The notes below the pieces were generated by a model. The model did not search any database. It was not told the origin of the DNA and saw only the letters and a program-made list of their open reading frames with translations. A program made the position numbers and the translations under genes. Below, in pieces: positions 1 to 8,335 of a stretch of 41,995 bases of DNA. The stretch's first letter is position 1. Each line of letters opens with the position of its first letter. Source of the DNA: Pseudomonadota bacterium (GTDB taxonomy: Bacteria; Pseudomonadota; Gammaproteobacteria; Ga0077536); NCBI GenBank assembly GCA_031371245.1, contig JANMJF010000603.1:1-41995 (forward strand). Reading direction: 5' to 3'.

Positions 1-592
1 AGCCATAGTGTTCCCCGCCCACCGCATCGCTCGCACTACTGTCGATCAAGCGCGGCATTTCGCGCTTCTGCATGCGCTTCACGCTAGCCAGTGCCACGCG
101 CGCGCTGACGGCATACAGGCCGAGTACCCGCCGCGTCACGCTGTAGTCATCGGCTACCTGGGTAGCGTCCAGCATGATCTGCCAGGCGTCGTCGTCGTCG
201 CGCAGCGCGGTGCCGAGCGCGGCGCGACAGCTGCGCAGTTGGTCTATCAGTGCGCTGTCTAGCGTGGGCGACAACCGCGCTATCTCAAGTTCGCGGCCCT
301 CGGCGTCGTGGGTAGTGGCGCGTGCCAGCCAGGCTGCACGTTGGGCCGCGTTGTTGGCCTCTGTAACAAAGGAGGCGAGTAAGCGATCGACGCGCAGAAA
401 AGGGTAGCCCGCTACGCGCCCGGCTTGGGCATCGCGAATACCGGCGGCGCGCAGGCGTGCATCGTTGTCGGCGAAGATTTGTCGGCAGTGGGCCAAGCTC
501 GGGCTGGTGGCCGGTAGTTGTGGAGTCGTGCCGCAGGCTGCGATCAAGCCCAGCAAGGTGAGCAATGCCGCCATGGGCAGCCGGCGAGTCAT
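1..592 (-). CDS. putative lipoprotein (5' part only; 3' end runs off the left window edge)
   Basis: Absent from the ORF track because it has no stop in the window. Manual translation from ATG (complement of 590-592) stays open down to position 2. It reads MTRRLPMAALLTLLGLIAACGTTPQLPATSP..., a signal peptide plus lipobox (L-I-A-A-C). It is divergent from the gene starting at 694. The three short plus-strand ORFs here (8-262, 174-407, 465-689) have no recognisable features. Confidence 0.55.
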   Translation of the reverse strand, partial: MTRRLPMAALLTLLGLIAACGTTPQLPATSPSLAHCRQIFADNDARLRAAGIRDAQAGRVAGYPFLRVDRLLASFVTEANNAAQRAAWLARATTHDAEGRELEIARLSPTLDSALIDQLRSCRAALGTALRDDDDAWQIMLDATQVADDYSVTRRVLGLYAVSARVALASVKRMQKREMPRLIDSSASDAVGGEHYG

Positions 593-693
593 GCCCTGCG
601 GTCGATCGCGGTATGCTGGCCCACGGCGAGTTTCGCGCGCCTCAATGCGAGCAGCGGGCTGCGCCGTAACGAAGGCAGGGGAATCATGACAAG

Positions 694-1753
694 GTGACAC
701 TCGCAAGCGATCACTCCTGGCGTACCGCCGCCGCCGTTGTACTCCAAGAGTATGCCCTCGAAGTGGTGAGCTTGACGCGCATCACCCACGGCCTGGTCAA
801 TCTTACGCTCAAGCTTGCGACCCGCGACGGCGCGTGCTTCGCGCTGCAACGCCTGCATCCGGTATTCGGGCCTGGTGTTAATCACAATCTCGACAGGGTC
901 ACGGCGCATCTCGCCGCGCGCGGCATGCTGACGCCCCGTCTGTTGCGCACGCGCGAGGGTGCGCTGGCGGTCGAACATGACGGCGCGCGCTGGCGTGTCT
1001 TGAGCTGGATCGACGGGCGCGCCTTCGATTTTTTTACGCAGCCCGCACAGGCGGCGGCGGCCGGCGCCTTGCTGGCGCGTTTCCACGGCTTATTAGCCGA
1101 TTTCGCCGAAGACCTGAGCGTCGAACGGCCGCCTATCCACGAGTTCGCCCGCCATCGCGCGCGCCTCGCCGCCGCCCAGGACGCGGGGCGCGCCCCATCG
1201 ATTGAGTGCCGAGATCGTGCGCGCGGCGGCACAACTAGACACAATGCGCGCCGCCTATCCGGCGCCGCGTGCTACGCCCGTGCGCCTGGTGCACGGCGAT
1301 CCGAAGATTTCCAATCTACTGTTCGATGGCGCTGGCACGCAGGCCTTGTGCCTGGTTGATCTCGACACCCTGGCACCCATGGCGCTGCCGCTGGAAATAG
1401 GTGATGCGCTACGTTCCTGGTGCAATCCGCGCCGCGAAGATGACCCGCAGGCGCGCTTTGAAATGGATCTATTTGCCGCCGCCGTGCGCGGTTATGGCGC
1501 CGCTGCGCGCGATTTCATCAGTGGCGACGAAACGGCCGCCATCGTACCGGCCACGCTGGAAATCCACCTCGAACTTGCGGCGCGCTTTCTGATCGATGCG
1601 CTCGAAGAAAGTTATTTCGGCTGGGACGCGGCTCGTTACGCCAGTCGCGGTGCGCACAATCTGGCGCGCGCCCACGGCCAGCTCGCCGCCGCCGCCAGCC
1701 TGCTTAAGCAGCTCACTGCCGCCGAAGACGCCGTGGCAAGCGCCTTCGCGTGA
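694..1753 (+). pseudogene. aminoglycoside/homoserine-kinase-II-type phosphotransferase (APH family), interrupted by a +1 frame change
   Basis: ORFs 694-1359 (frame 1) and 1202-1753 (frame 2) together make one APH-fold kinase. The N part reads ...RITHGLVNLTLKL...RVLSWIDGRAF. The C part reads VRLVHGDPKISNLLFDG...CLVDLDTL (H-G-D-x4-N catalytic loop and DLD metal site). The frame switch must lie at about 1185-1205, next to the GGGGCGCGCCCC run. It could be a true frameshift or a sequencing indel. Confidence 0.6.
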
Positions 1754-1791
1754 CTGACTGCGCCGCTATACTCAAGCGCGGACTGTGAGCG

Positions 1792-2214
1792 GTGAAGAAC
1801 ATGCACATGACAAGTCATCGAAGCGGCGTGCTGTGGGGCCTGGTCATCGCCATGCTCGGCGGCTGTGCGAGCGTCGATGTGCAGTATCCCGATGGTCATC
1901 GCACGCGCATGAGCAAGGTCGAGTTCAAGGCCTATGCCGAGCGTGTGTTCCGTTATCAGAACCGTATTGTCGATCGCTTGATCCGCGCTGACGGTGGCTA
2001 CGGTGACGAACAAGACGAGCCCGATGCGCGCCTGTCGCGCGCCGAAGAAGCGATGGAGGAGGCCTGCCAGCCGTTGATTTCCCTGGTCAGTGCCAAGGCC
2101 GAGCATCGCGCGCTCGGTCTGTCCGACAAACTCGAAATGCCGCGCGCGGCACCCGCCTGCGAGCACGCAGTGGCAGCGGTCGATGCGTTGCTGCCGGCCG
2201 CCGCGATACGCTGA
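1792..2214 (+). CDS. hypothetical lipoprotein
   Basis: The N-terminus ...SGVLWGLVIAMLGGCASVD has a hydrophobic core plus lipobox L-G-G-C. Start is ambiguous (GTG 1792, ATG 1801 or 1807). No family recognised. Confidence 0.6.
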   Translation: MKNMHMTSHRSGVLWGLVIAMLGGCASVDVQYPDGHRTRMSKVEFKAYAERVFRYQNRIVDRLIRADGGYGDEQDEPDARLSRAEEAMEEACQPLISLVSAKAEHRALGLSDKLEMPRAAPACEHAVAAVDALLPAAAIR

Positions 2215-2287
2215 CAGCGCAGGGTACCTGGCCTGCTTCGAGGTGACGGGTATACTCGCGCTTTAGCTCGTTGGTAGCGAGGGAGTC

Positions 2288-2650
2288 ATGAGCAATATCA
2301 CCCTGCCCGCTGATCGTCAGTGGCTCGTCTATGCGCGTTTCGTCGAACAACAGAAAGCGCAATTGCGGCCGTTGATCACCGAAGATTTGATAGAAGAGCA
2401 CCGTCGTCGCCCGCTCGGTCAGCATGGCGATGGCTTGATGCGGCTGCTCAATCTGTTCCGCCGCACACCGGCTTATGCGCTCTATTCGCGCACACCTTGC
2501 CTGGAATTCCAGGTGATTCGTCTGCCGGTGCCGGCAGGCTCGGAACCGCTTCCCATCGACGACATTGTCTACACCGATCAGAACGAGGCCTTGCACGCAG
2601 TGTTTCTGCGCAACCTCGAAGATCTCATGCGCAGCGCGGGAGCGAAGTAA
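2288..2650 (+). CDS. small protein, candidate small (alpha-like) subunit partner of the downstream dimethylformamidase-family protein
   Basis: 120-aa ORF with GAGGGAG directly upstream of ATG 2288. Its TAA stop overlaps the next ATG (TAATG at 2648-2652), indicating translational coupling. The product call rests on size and position only; I cannot verify homology by eye. Confidence 0.55.
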   Translation: MSNITLPADRQWLVYARFVEQQKAQLRPLITEDLIEEHRRRPLGQHGDGLMRLLNLFRRTPAYALYSRTPCLEFQVIRLPVPAGSEPLPIDDIVYTDQNEALHAVFLRNLEDLMRSAGAK

Positions 2651-4917
2651 TGGCCAAACCTTATATCACCGGCTATTGCGACAGCCTGAGTGTACGCCCG
2701 GGCGAGACCTTGCAATTCATGGTCAGCGCTGAAGGTGTGAGCAGCGCGCAGGTGCAACTGGTGCGCGTGCTGCACGGTGACGTGGCGCCCGGCGGCCCGG
2801 GTTTTGTTGAACACGAACTCGCCGCCAGCATGAATGGCACGGTCGCGCTCCAGACGCAGTTCACGCAGATCGGCAGCTTCGTGCAGGTCGCCGACCGCGA
2901 TGGCTCTCTGCTGCCGACGGGGAGCTTCACCGTGCATGCTTTCGTGTGGGCGACCACGCCGGCTAAGGGGCGTCAGGGTCTGGTCGCACAGTTCGATGCC
3001 GCCAGCCGCCGCGGTTACGCACTCGGTATCAACGCAGCGGGCTGCCTGTCGTTCTGGGCCGGTGACGGTCAAGCGGTGCACGAAGTCGCAGGTGAGCGGG
3101 CGCTCGCCCCACGCCTGTGGTATTTCGTCGCAGCGGCCTATGACGCCGAGCGCGGTACAGTCGAGCTCTATCAGGAAGCGGTGGTCAACGCCTATAACAG
3201 TCACTTGAGTCCGCTGTTGGCACTGGACGACGGCACGCGGGTGGCCGGTGTACTGGCGCTGACGCCGCAGGCGGCGGGCAGCGATCTGCTGCTGGGCGGC
3301 TACCACGACGACCAGCCTGGCCATGGCCGCTGCGTAATCGGCTTGTTCAACGGCAAGATCGACCGGCCCGGTCTACAGGCCGGCGCATTGGGACTCGCAG
3401 AGTTGGTACGTCTGCGCGAGGGGCGCACACCGCCGGCCGCCGGCACGATTGCGTATTGGGATACTGCGGCCGGTTATACCGACAACGGCATTGGCGATCG
3501 GGTGGTCGATATTGGTCCGCGGGGCCTGCACGGTCAGGGTTACAACCGTCCGGTGCGGGCCATGACCGGCTATAACTGGCGTGGCAAGGATGATTGTTTC
3601 CGCCTCGCGCCCGAGCAATACGGCGGCATCTATTGCAACGACGACGCCATCATCGACTGCCGCTGGCAGCCGACCTTGCGTTGGACGGTGCCGCTCGATC
3701 TGAAGAGCGGGGTCTATGCCGCACGACTGACGGCGGGTGTCGTCGAAGACCACATCGTGTTCTTCGTGCGTCCGACCACGGCCCAGGCCAAAGTCGCGAT
3801 GCTGATGCCGACAGCGAGCTACCTGGCCTATGCCAACGAGCGTTTTGTGCTCGGCGACCCGGGACCGGTCGAGGCCATCACCGGCCACGGCCTGATTCTG
3901 CACGACGACGATTATTTCCTCGGCCAGCACCCGGAGTTTGGTGCGTCCACCTATGATCACCACGCCGATGGCGCGGGCGTTTGCTACAGCTCTTACCGGC
4001 GGCCGATCATGGGCCTGCGGCCGCGACACCGCATGGCGGCGACCGGTGTGGCCTGGCAGTTCGCGGCCGATCTCTCCATCGTCTGGTGGCTTGCGCAATG
4101 TGGGCACGATTTTGATGTCATTACCGATGAGGATCTCGACCGTGAGGGCGTGGCCCTGCTCGCGCCCTATAAGGTGGTGATCAATGGCACCCACTCCGAG
4201 TACTACTCGGAGCACATGCTGGACGCCACTGACGCCTATCTGGCGCGCGGCGGGCGGGTCATGTACCTGGGCGCCAACGGTTACTACTGGGTGGCGGGCT
4301 TTCGCCCTGACCAACCCTGGTGCATGGAGATACGCAAGCTCAACGCCGGTTCGCGCGCCTGGCAAGCCGCCCCGGGTGAGTACTACCTGGCGTCGACCGG
4401 CGAGAAGAGTGGTATCTGGCGCGACCGTGGCCGCGCGCCGCAGAAGTCGATGGGCGTGGGCTTCACCAGCGAGGGCATGGACGAGTGCAAACCTTACCGG
4501 CGCCTGCCGGATTCCTACGACAGTCGGGTGTCGTGGATCTTTGAGGGCGTGGGTGAGGAGTTCGGCGCCGAGGGTCTGGCCCTGGGAGGCGCGGCCGGTT
4601 TGGAGCTCGATCGCTACGATCTGATGTGGGGCACGCCGCCGGATACCTTCCTGCTGGCCTGCTCCAGCGGACACTCGGACAATTACCCTCACGTTGGCGA
4701 AGAAGTGATGTTCAACCTGCCCGGCATGGGCGGTACCCAGGACTTTCAAGTGCGCGCCGATATGACGCTATTCACGAGTCGCAATGGCGGCGCCGTGTTC
4801 TCCAGCGGGTCGATCGCCTGGGGCCAGGCTTTGCCCTGGAATCATGGTCGTAACGACGTGGCGCGTCTCACACAGAATGTCCTGAACGCCTTCATAAACG
4901 ACGCTGACGTGGTGTAA
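2650..4917 (+). CDS. N,N-dimethylformamidase large (beta) subunit family protein
   Basis: ATG 2650 is preceded by GGGAG. The 755-aa product starts MAKPYITGYCDSLSVRPGETLQFMVSAEG..., the N-terminal pattern I associate with the DMFase beta-subunit family, and the length fits (~760 aa). The ORF-track start at 2320 is an in-frame upstream extension overlapping the 2288-2650 gene and is probably not used. Confidence 0.8.
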   Translation: MAKPYITGYCDSLSVRPGETLQFMVSAEGVSSAQVQLVRVLHGDVAPGGPGFVEHELAASMNGTVALQTQFTQIGSFVQVADRDGSLLPTGSFTVHAFVWATTPAKGRQGLVAQFDAASRRGYALGINAAGCLSFWAGDGQAVHEVAGERALAPRLWYFVAAAYDAERGTVELYQEAVVNAYNSHLSPLLALDDGTRVAGVLALTPQAAGSDLLLGGYHDDQPGHGRCVIGLFNGKIDRPGLQAGALGLAELVRLREGRTPPAAGTIAYWDTAAGYTDNGIGDRVVDIGPRGLHGQGYNRPVRAMTGYNWRGKDDCFRLAPEQYGGIYCNDDAIIDCRWQPTLRWTVPLDLKSGVYAARLTAGVVEDHIVFFVRPTTAQAKVAMLMPTASYLAYANERFVLGDPGPVEAITGHGLILHDDDYFLGQHPEFGASTYDHHADGAGVCYSSYRRPIMGLRPRHRMAATGVAWQFAADLSIVWWLAQCGHDFDVITDEDLDREGVALLAPYKVVINGTHSEYYSEHMLDATDAYLARGGRVMYLGANGYYWVAGFRPDQPWCMEIRKLNAGSRAWQAAPGEYYLASTGEKSGIWRDRGRAPQKSMGVGFTSEGMDECKPYRRLPDSYDSRVSWIFEGVGEEFGAEGLALGGAAGLELDRYDLMWGTPPDTFLLACSSGHSDNYPHVGEEVMFNLPGMGGTQDFQVRADMTLFTSRNGGAVFSSGSIAWGQALPWNHGRNDVARLTQNVLNAFINDADVV

Positions 4918-4927
4918 ATGCCTAGTA

Positions 4928-4965
4928 GTTGTGGCGCGGCTGTGGTCGTGCCACAACGCATTTTC
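4928..4965 (+). terminator. putative intrinsic terminator after the DMFase-like gene
   Basis: GTTGTGGC (4928-4935) pairs with GCCACAAC (4950-4957), extendable by 3 more pairs. It is followed by GCATTTTCC. The U-tract is short. Confidence 0.4.
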
Positions 4966-5208
4966 CACGCTGGCCGGCCCTGCGTGCGCGTGTTAGTGTT
5001 CAAGCCGCAGGGGAGTCGAAAGATATACAAGAAGAAGTGCCCAAACTCACCTTATTGAGCTTGCCTTTTTTCAACTGAAACTCGCACACCGCATCAGTCG
5101 GCTTCGTGCCGCATGCCTGCCCGCGCGGATATCGCGGGCGTTTCCGTACTGCCATCGGCCTCGTACCCTTGAGGTCGCCGCGTGGTGCGCCGTCAATGGA
5201 GAGCAAGC

Positions 5209-5493
5209 ATGAGTGCAGTAATAAAGATTGACGAGGCCAAGGTGGACAGCGTCCCGGGCACGCCACCAGCCATCTACCACGTTACCAAGCTCGAAAAGTG
5301 CAAGTTGGATCAGGTCGGTCCGAGCGGTTATCGCTATGTGATCGAGGGTGGCTATGCGCCCATCACGGGCTTTCACATCGGCAGTAAAGAGGCGGTCTTA
5401 ACCCATGCCTCGGTGCTGGCCAAGGAAATGAATGCGCGGCGCGGCGTGAAGGGCACCCGTCACATCGTGATCGGTAAGCCGAAACAGTCCTGA
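5209..5493 (+). CDS. hypothetical small protein (94 aa)
   Basis: ATG 5209 has GGAG about 9 nt upstream. The product MSAVIKIDEAKVDSVPGTPPAIYHVTKLEK... matches no family I recognise. It sits just after a visibly lower-GC spacer (4920-5200). Confidence 0.45.
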   Translation: MSAVIKIDEAKVDSVPGTPPAIYHVTKLEKCKLDQVGPSGYRYVIEGGYAPITGFHIGSKEAVLTHASVLAKEMNARRGVKGTRHIVIGKPKQS

Positions 5494-5514
5494 ACTGGCA
5501 CCCGACGCGCGTCG

Positions 5515-6459
5515 TCAGCCGCGCGTCGTTGCCGCCGGCGCGCTCTTGCCGGCCTGAATCACACTCGTTGCAATACTGATCATCGATGAGATGTCGGCCA
5601 GATTGGCCGGCACGATCAAGGTACCCTTGGCATCCCGCGCGAGCTGACCGAACTCTTTGATGTACTGCTCGGCGATGCGCAATTGCATGGCCTGTGCACC
5701 GCCGTCGCTGCCGAGCGCTTGGGCGACACTGCGTAAGCCTTCGGCGGTCGCCGACGCAATCGACATGATCGCCGCCGCCTGGCCTTCCGCTTCGTTAATC
5801 CTTTGCTGCTTGTTGGCTTCCGAGGCCTTGATCACGCGCTGCTTCTCGCCATCGGCCTGATTGATGGCGGCATCGCGTTCGCCTTCCGAAGCCAAGATCA
5901 CCGCACGCTTCTCGCGCTCGGCGCGCATTTGTTTCTCCATCGCGGTCAAAACATCGTGCGGTGGGTTGATATTGCGGATCTCATAGCGCAACACCTTCAC
6001 GCCCCACGGCGCCGAGGCCTTGTCGAGTTCCGCCACCACATTGCCGTTGATGGTGGAGCGTTCTTCGAAGGTGCGGTCGAGATCGATCTTGCCGATCTCG
6101 CTGCGCAAGGTGGTCTGTGCGAGCTGGATGAGGGCGAATTTATAATTGGTGATGCCGTAAGAAGCCTTGTTCGCTTCCAGCACCTGCATATAGAGAATGC
6201 CGTCAACACCGACCTGCACGTTGTCCTTGGTGATACAAACCTGCTCGGGGATGTCGAGCGCCTCTTCTTTGAGGTTGAGCCGGTAGGCGATGCGCTCGAC
6301 GAAGGGCACCAGAATATGGAAGCCGGCGTGCAGGGTGCGGCTGTACCGGCCCAGGTTTTCGACCACGAAGGCGCTCTGCTGCGGCACGATGGTCGCGGTC
6401 TTGGCGATGACAATGATGACCAGGATGGCGATGGTCAGGACGACGTAGGTGGTTGCCAT
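5515..6459 (-). CDS. SPFH/band-7 (stomatin/paraslipin-like) membrane protein
   Basis: Starts MATTYVVLTIAILVIIVIAKTATIVPQQSAFVVENLGRY...: an N-terminal TM helix, then an SPFH core, then a coiled Ala/Glu-rich C-terminus. AGGAG lies 7 nt upstream of ATG 6459. The track ORF extends to 6618, but that extension overlaps the NfeD gene. Confidence 0.9.
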   Translation of the reverse strand: MATTYVVLTIAILVIIVIAKTATIVPQQSAFVVENLGRYSRTLHAGFHILVPFVERIAYRLNLKEEALDIPEQVCITKDNVQVGVDGILYMQVLEANKASYGITNYKFALIQLAQTTLRSEIGKIDLDRTFEERSTINGNVVAELDKASAPWGVKVLRYEIRNINPPHDVLTAMEKQMRAEREKRAVILASEGERDAAINQADGEKQRVIKASEANKQQRINEAEGQAAAIMSIASATAEGLRSVAQALGSDGGAQAMQLRIAEQYIKEFGQLARDAKGTLIVPANLADISSMISIATSVIQAGKSAPAATTRG

Positions 6460-6481
6460 AGTGAGCTCCTGCGAGTGGCTA

Positions 6482-6937
6482 TCAATGCCGATTACGGATG
6501 TGGAGAGTGAGGCCGGCGGTTTCCCATACTTCAGCTTCGCTACCGGCTTCGATGGGCGCCTCGTCGGTGTTGCGCGCGCTCCAGCTCGTGCCACGGTATT
6601 CGACGCGGCAAGTCGCACCCGCTGCGAGACGTTCCGGCACTACGATAAGGTCGCCCATGATTAAACGTTCTTCGACCTGGCCGACGTTGGCTTTGAACTT
6701 GTTGTAGAGCCGTGCGCGGAACAGCGCCATGCAGCTTAAAGCCAGCGCGGCGAAGATGAGCCATTGCGCCCATTCCGGCAACGGTACGGCCGCCATGCCG
6801 AGCAGGCCGACGACGATCGCGGCCGCACCGACGAATACCAGATAGAACTGCGCGCTGACGCCGAGCATTTCGGCGCCGAGTAACAGCGTGCCCGTCACCA
6901 TCCAACCCCACCACGGCATGCGTCGTTCCTCGATCAT
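6482..6937 (-). CDS. NfeD-family membrane protein
   Basis: Has hydrophobic N-terminal helices (WWGWMVTGTLLLGAEMLGV..., AAAIVVGLLGMAAV..., WLIFAALALSCMALF) and a C-terminal OB-like soluble domain (...GATCRVEYRGTSWSARN...). It lies 22 nt upstream of the SPFH gene, the classic nfeD-SPFH operon. Start is 6937 or 6919. Confidence 0.8.
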   Translation of the reverse strand: MIEERRMPWWGWMVTGTLLLGAEMLGVSAQFYLVFVGAAAIVVGLLGMAAVPLPEWAQWLIFAALALSCMALFRARLYNKFKANVGQVEERLIMGDLIVVPERLAAGATCRVEYRGTSWSARNTDEAPIEAGSEAEVWETAGLTLHIRNRH

Positions 6938-7083
6938 GGCGGGCCCAGCGCTCGCGCTGAGCATCGTGACGGCAGCGCACGGCGCTTGCAAGGGCGGCGC
7001 ATGCTACGTGGGGCGATTGTCAAACGCGGGGCTAAGTCGTTAGTGTGTTGCGCAGCGGCGAATACGCCAACAGCGAGGTCGAT

Positions 7084-8214
7084 ATGATTACCAGCTTCGA
7101 CGATTACCTTATCCACCAGACACCGCAGGCCCTGGTCCATGTCGGTACCACCGATTCCAATGCCTACGATCGCTATTTCCTTGAGGGTTTCGTCGCGGAT
7201 GGCTCGCTGATATTCGGTGGCGCCTTCGGTCTATACCCTAATCGCGACGTGGTGGACGCCGCCTTCAGCGTCAGCGTCGAGGGCGCGCAGTACTCGCTGT
7301 TCGCGAGTGGCCGCGCACCGCGCGAACGCGGTGAGTCGCGTGTCGGCCCGATCCAGGTGGAGATCCTGTCGCCCATGCGCAGCCTGCGTCTGTCGGTGCA
7401 TGACAAGGCACGTGGCTTCTTCGCCGATTTGCGCTTCGACGCTGTCACCGGTGCCATTGATGAAGGGCGCCAGACCCTGACCGACGGTCCGCGGACCTCA
7501 GTCGATTTGACGCGCTACTCGCAACTCGGCACTTGGTCTGGGGTCATCGAAGTGAAAGGCCGGCGTATCGAACTGGCAGGCAAGCAGGTACTCGGCGTGC
7601 GCGATCATTCCTGGGGCGTGCGGCCACTAGGCGGTGGTGGCAGCACCCGTTGGGCACCACAGATCCACTGGTATTGGGGGCCGATTTTCTTCGGTGACGA
7701 ATGCATGCACTGGCATGTGAATGACGACCCCGAGGGTGAGCTGCCCGACCGCTTCGCGGCCCTGGTGCCGAGCGTCGATGGCGCCGGTGATGGTCCGCTC
7801 TACATGCGTGACACTGGCGGCGAATATCTCATCCCAGTGTCCTTCACGCCGCGCTACCGTAACGGCACGCGGCGCGTCGAACATCTGCAAGTGGTCATGC
7901 ACGACAAGCGTGGGCCGCGCATGACGCTGGAATTCATTCCTGATCAGCGCCTGCTGTTTTCATTAATGGGCCTGGGCTACACCAATAAAGCTTGGGAACA
8001 CGGTGCCTGGCGCGGTGAGTTGATGGTCGACGAGAACGCCTGGCCGAGTCATGAACAGTCACCGCTGTTCCCACGCAATTGGCACATGCATCACGTCTGC
8101 AAGGTCAAGCGCGACGACGGCAAAGAAGGTTCGGCGATCCTCGAACAATGCCTGTTCGGGCCGCATAAGCCGAGCGGCTTACTGGGGGTGACCGACGGGT
8201 GGAAGGTAGCGTAG
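7084..8214 (+). CDS. conserved hypothetical protein (possibly AttH/CrtC-like beta-barrel fold)
   Basis: ATG 7084 (MITSFDDYLIHQTP...) has GAGG upstream. The ORF is long with GC-rich third positions. The only motif I can point to is GVRDHSWGVRP, reminiscent of the D-H-x-W-G motif of the CrtC/AttH family, which is weak evidence. Confidence 0.7.
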   Translation: MITSFDDYLIHQTPQALVHVGTTDSNAYDRYFLEGFVADGSLIFGGAFGLYPNRDVVDAAFSVSVEGAQYSLFASGRAPRERGESRVGPIQVEILSPMRSLRLSVHDKARGFFADLRFDAVTGAIDEGRQTLTDGPRTSVDLTRYSQLGTWSGVIEVKGRRIELAGKQVLGVRDHSWGVRPLGGGGSTRWAPQIHWYWGPIFFGDECMHWHVNDDPEGELPDRFAALVPSVDGAGDGPLYMRDTGGEYLIPVSFTPRYRNGTRRVEHLQVVMHDKRGPRMTLEFIPDQRLLFSLMGLGYTNKAWEHGAWRGELMVDENAWPSHEQSPLFPRNWHMHHVCKVKRDDGKEGSAILEQCLFGPHKPSGLLGVTDGWKVA

Positions 8215-8271
8215 CCGCACAATTTGAGTTTCTCTGCGCCGGGAGCCGGACAGCATGGCACTGGCAGAAAT

Positions 8272-8289
8272 GTCCGAATAAATTCGGAC
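8272..8289. terminator. palindromic hairpin between convergent genes
   Basis: GTCCGAAT-AA-ATTCGGAC is a perfect palindrome flanked by an A7 run on the plus strand. It sits between the 7084-8214 (+) and 8336-9229 (-) genes. U-tract geometry is poor on both strands. Confidence 0.3.
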
Positions 8290-8335
8290 CCACAAAAAAA
8301 CACACGGCACCCAATTGCAGGCCTCGCTATCGCTC

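Noticed and set aside
8-689. Three short plus-strand ORFs (8-262, 174-407, 465-689) at the left edge.
   Set aside because: They overlap one another and have no motifs. The minus strand carries a continuous open frame with a textbook lipoprotein signal that explains the coding potential better.
2320-2649. In-frame N-terminal extensions suggested by the longest-ORF track (2320 for the DMFase gene; also 6460-6618, 9230-9343, 9419-9601, 12580-12717, 7045-7083, 27833-27877, 39662-39697).
   Set aside because: The extensions overlap upstream genes or lack an RBS. Internal starts have Shine-Dalgarno sequences and give canonical N-termini (signal peptides or family-typical first residues).
3373-4749. 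458-aa minus-strand ORF antisense to the DMFase-like gene. Similar long antisense or out-of-frame ORFs: 9746-10897(-), 36899-37936(-), 22325-23140(-), 20757-21386(-), 5803-6510(+), 15425-16180(+), 24602-25375(+), 35496-36155(+), 2578-3324(-), 40634-41290(-).
   Set aside because: These are typical high-GC shadow ORFs. Their products are Arg/Ala/Gly/His-rich and low in complexity, with no recognisable motifs. Each is fully embedded opposite a gene with strong family signatures.
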